A stretch of DNA of 63,457 nucleotides, counting the filler, from Actinomycetota bacterium (GTDB lineage Bacteria; Actinomycetota; Acidimicrobiia; Spongiisociales; UBA4744), in the NCBI GenBank assembly GCA_013152275.1. It is 5 parts of 5 records of this genome, joined end to end, with 100 filler letters (N's around TTAATTAATTAA, not from the genome) between each part and the next. Parts side by side here need not be neighbours in the genome. Positions count along the whole stretch, not along the records: positions 57,629 to 63,457 come from JAADGS010000039.1; 4 more parts are not named here. The stretch is one strand, 5' to 3'. The translations under genes and the position numbers were made by a program. Below are positions 61,421 to 63,457 of the stretch, one piece after another. The notes beneath the pieces are model-generated. The model was not told where the DNA came from and ran no database searches. It worked only from the letters and a program-made list of their open reading frames with translations. The first letter of the stretch is position 1. Each line of letters starts with the position of its first letter.

Positions 61421-62930
61421 ATGATGACGGGGTTCCTCTCCGCCCTCGATTGGAGTCCGGAAATCGCATCGATGCCCACAGGAGAGTTGACTTCAGGCAA
61501 CCCGACCGCTTCCGACTTCTCGTGGGATCCCGGCGGATCGGTGGTAGCCCTTACCGTGTGGGTTGCCGCGGTCCTCGGCAGTGCCCTGATCGTGGCTCGG
61601 CTCGTTGGAGCCGTTGCCGGGCTCACGGTGGGCGTTCTGGTGCTGGTCTGTGGCATTGCCTTCATGCCGAAGCCACGGTGGCGATGGTCATCGGAACGGG
61701 TGGCGCTCTCTCTGCTGCTGGGTTCTGTCCTGGTGCCGTTCAGCCTCTTCCCGCCGCTGGGCCGTGGATTGAGCGCCGACGACATCATGGTGCTCCTCGG
61801 TACCGTGATCGCAGTCGTGTCGCTGTGGCGCCGACGCAGCATGATCCGGCTTCCCGTCTTCGCATGGCCGCTCGCGTTGCTCACCTTGTGGGCGGCGATC
61901 ATCTGGCTCACGGGAGACCGTACGTTGGGCGCTTTGCTGCGAGGCCCGGGAAGACTCGGTCTGTATCTCGTCCTCGTCGTCGCCGGCGCCTTGTGGTTCA
62001 GGCAGGTTCCCCTGGCTCGTTTCGTCATGCACACCATCGTTGTGGTGGCGACAGTCGAAGGTGTTCTCCTACTTCGCCCGATTTCAGATCCTCGACCGTT
62101 TTATCGGTATCGAGGCGATCAGGGCCTATGACCCGATCTACACGCTGGCTCCGGGGCGCGCCGTCGGAACCCTCGGGCTGGCGTCGAACTTCCTGGGTGC
62201 GTACATGCTGATTCCGGCGGCGCTGATCCTCGGTTTCGGAACGATCGCATCGCGCCGGCGCGACATCGCCGCCTGGTCTGCCCTGTACGTCCTCGTGTTC
62301 TGGGCACTCGCGCTGACCTACACGAGGGCGAGCCTGATCGCCATCGTCGTGGGGGCCGTCGGCTACTTCTTGTGGACACGACGCACCCGGATGCTGCCCG
62401 CCTTCGCTCTGGCACTCGTGTCGGTGATCCTGTTCACACCGTTTCTGTCCCGGTTCAGTCTCGGCAACGATCGGGCCCGTCTGACTTCACAGGCGATCGA
62501 GGTCATTCGCGAGCACCCGGTCTCCGGTGTGGGCGCCGGCGAGTACACGCCGGCCGAGACGTCGCGTCCGACGCAGGAGAATCAGCCCGATGGTCCGGAC
62601 CGGTCCATCACCCCGCACAATTCCTTCCTCCTCTACGCGAGCGAGCTCGGCATCCCAGGCGGGTTGCTCGCACTCTTGGCCGTTGCACTCCCATTCCTCG
62701 GGGCGCTGGGAAGATCACCTCGAGGGCCGTTCGACAGCCCGGCGATTCTCGCAGTGGCGATCGCAGCCGGACTTGGATCGTTCGCGCTCCAGACCCTGAG
62801 CAACAATCTGCTGCATATCCCGGTGGTGACCGTGCAGTTCTGGATCGCTGCAACGGTGGGAGTGCTGGTGTCACTCCACGCCGATGGGCCCCTTGCCCGC
62901 AGGATGTCATTCCCGATCCGCCTCCGCTGA
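61421..62930 (+). CDS. O-antigen ligase/Wzy polymerase family protein, frameshifted near 62065
   Basis: RAVGTLG..N, LTYTRAS, HP..GVG.G, PHNSFL...SELG. Confidence 0.8.
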
Positions 62931-63089
62931 TCCGTACGCCGGGGAGGCTGCATCGTGGTAGTGGTCCCGTTCGAGGGATTCGACGTGTTCGCACCGTCTC
63001 CCGGGCACGTGTGCCTGCGGTGCCGACCGTCGGCAGGGTAGGGCGTGTCGCCTCGGGGGCAGATTGCTTCCCGATCGACTGAGGAGCGA

Positions 63090-63457
63090 TCAGCTCCGGG
63101 GAAGCCGGCCGGCCACGCTCGTCGACAGTATCGGTATCTTGGCGAGTCGGGTGGCGACGGTTGTGCCGACGGCGTTGGGTCCGCCGACGATGATGATGTT
63201 GTCGGGTTGGAGTCTGGTGAGTTCGGTCGCGGTTGCGGCGGGGATGAAGTCTGGGGTGACGAGGAGCAGTGGGGCGCCGTTGTGGGCGGCGGCGGAGACT
63301 CCTGCGAGGCCGTCGGGGAAGTCGGCCCCGGTGGCGATGTACACGGTCGGGGTGGGGGAGGTGAATGTGGCTGCGGAGATGGCGGCTGCGGTTTTGTAGC
63401 GGTCGGTGCCGAAGAGTCTCGTCACGGTGCCGTAGGCGGCGAGTCGGGTGGCGACGG
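63090..63457 (-). CDS. Cell wall-binding repeat 2 (CWB2) surface protein, C-terminal part
   Basis: RLFGTDRYKTAAAIS, ATGADFPDGL, PLLLV, IIVGGPNAV; 20-nt repeat at 63141 and 63438 (297-bp period). Confidence 0.88.
   Translation of the reverse strand, partial: VATRLAAYGTVTRLFGTDRYKTAAAISAATFTSPTPTVYIATGADFPDGLAGVSAAAHNGAPLLLVTPDFIPAATATELTRLQPDNIIIVGGPNAVGTTVATRLAKIPILSTSVAGRLPRS

Overview
High-GC (roughly 65%) actinobacterial DNA. Gene content suggests Acidimicrobiia (inference). The window is five contigs joined by artificial 100-nt N/TTAATTAATTAA linkers: 1-22791, 22892-27516, 27617-50081, 50182-57528, 57629-63457. Contig 1 holds a form II cox-like molybdo-flavoprotein cluster (D-E-split XdhC-G-S-L-M), acs, a LacI-regulated alpha-glucan ABC/GH13 operon and several gene relics. 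Contig 2 is the end of an island integrated at tRNA-Arg(ACG), carrying a small secreted protein, paralogous Cys-rich lipoproteins and IS256. Contig 3 is core genome: IS481, tRNA-Ala(CGC), translin, GlpR/SepX-like, mog-moaC-moeA-galU-plsY, MTAP, uppP, Eis, Mrp, a SufR-like regulator, acnA, sortase and an HD-GYP pair. Contig 4 holds a penicillin-acylase-family gene, decayed resistance/IS relics and a TetR-Zn ribbon-GyrI operon. Contig 5 is a Wzx/Wzy polysaccharide locus beside a CWB2 surface protein. The most striking unannotated structure is a 51-bp palindromic element (13-bp arms CGTTCTCGTGACG plus a conserved, oriented 25-bp spacer). Two copies bracket an AbiEi-like/DUF559 nuclease gene as direct repeats and two solo copies sit at gene ends elsewhere, a candidate REP/nuclease-type selfish system.
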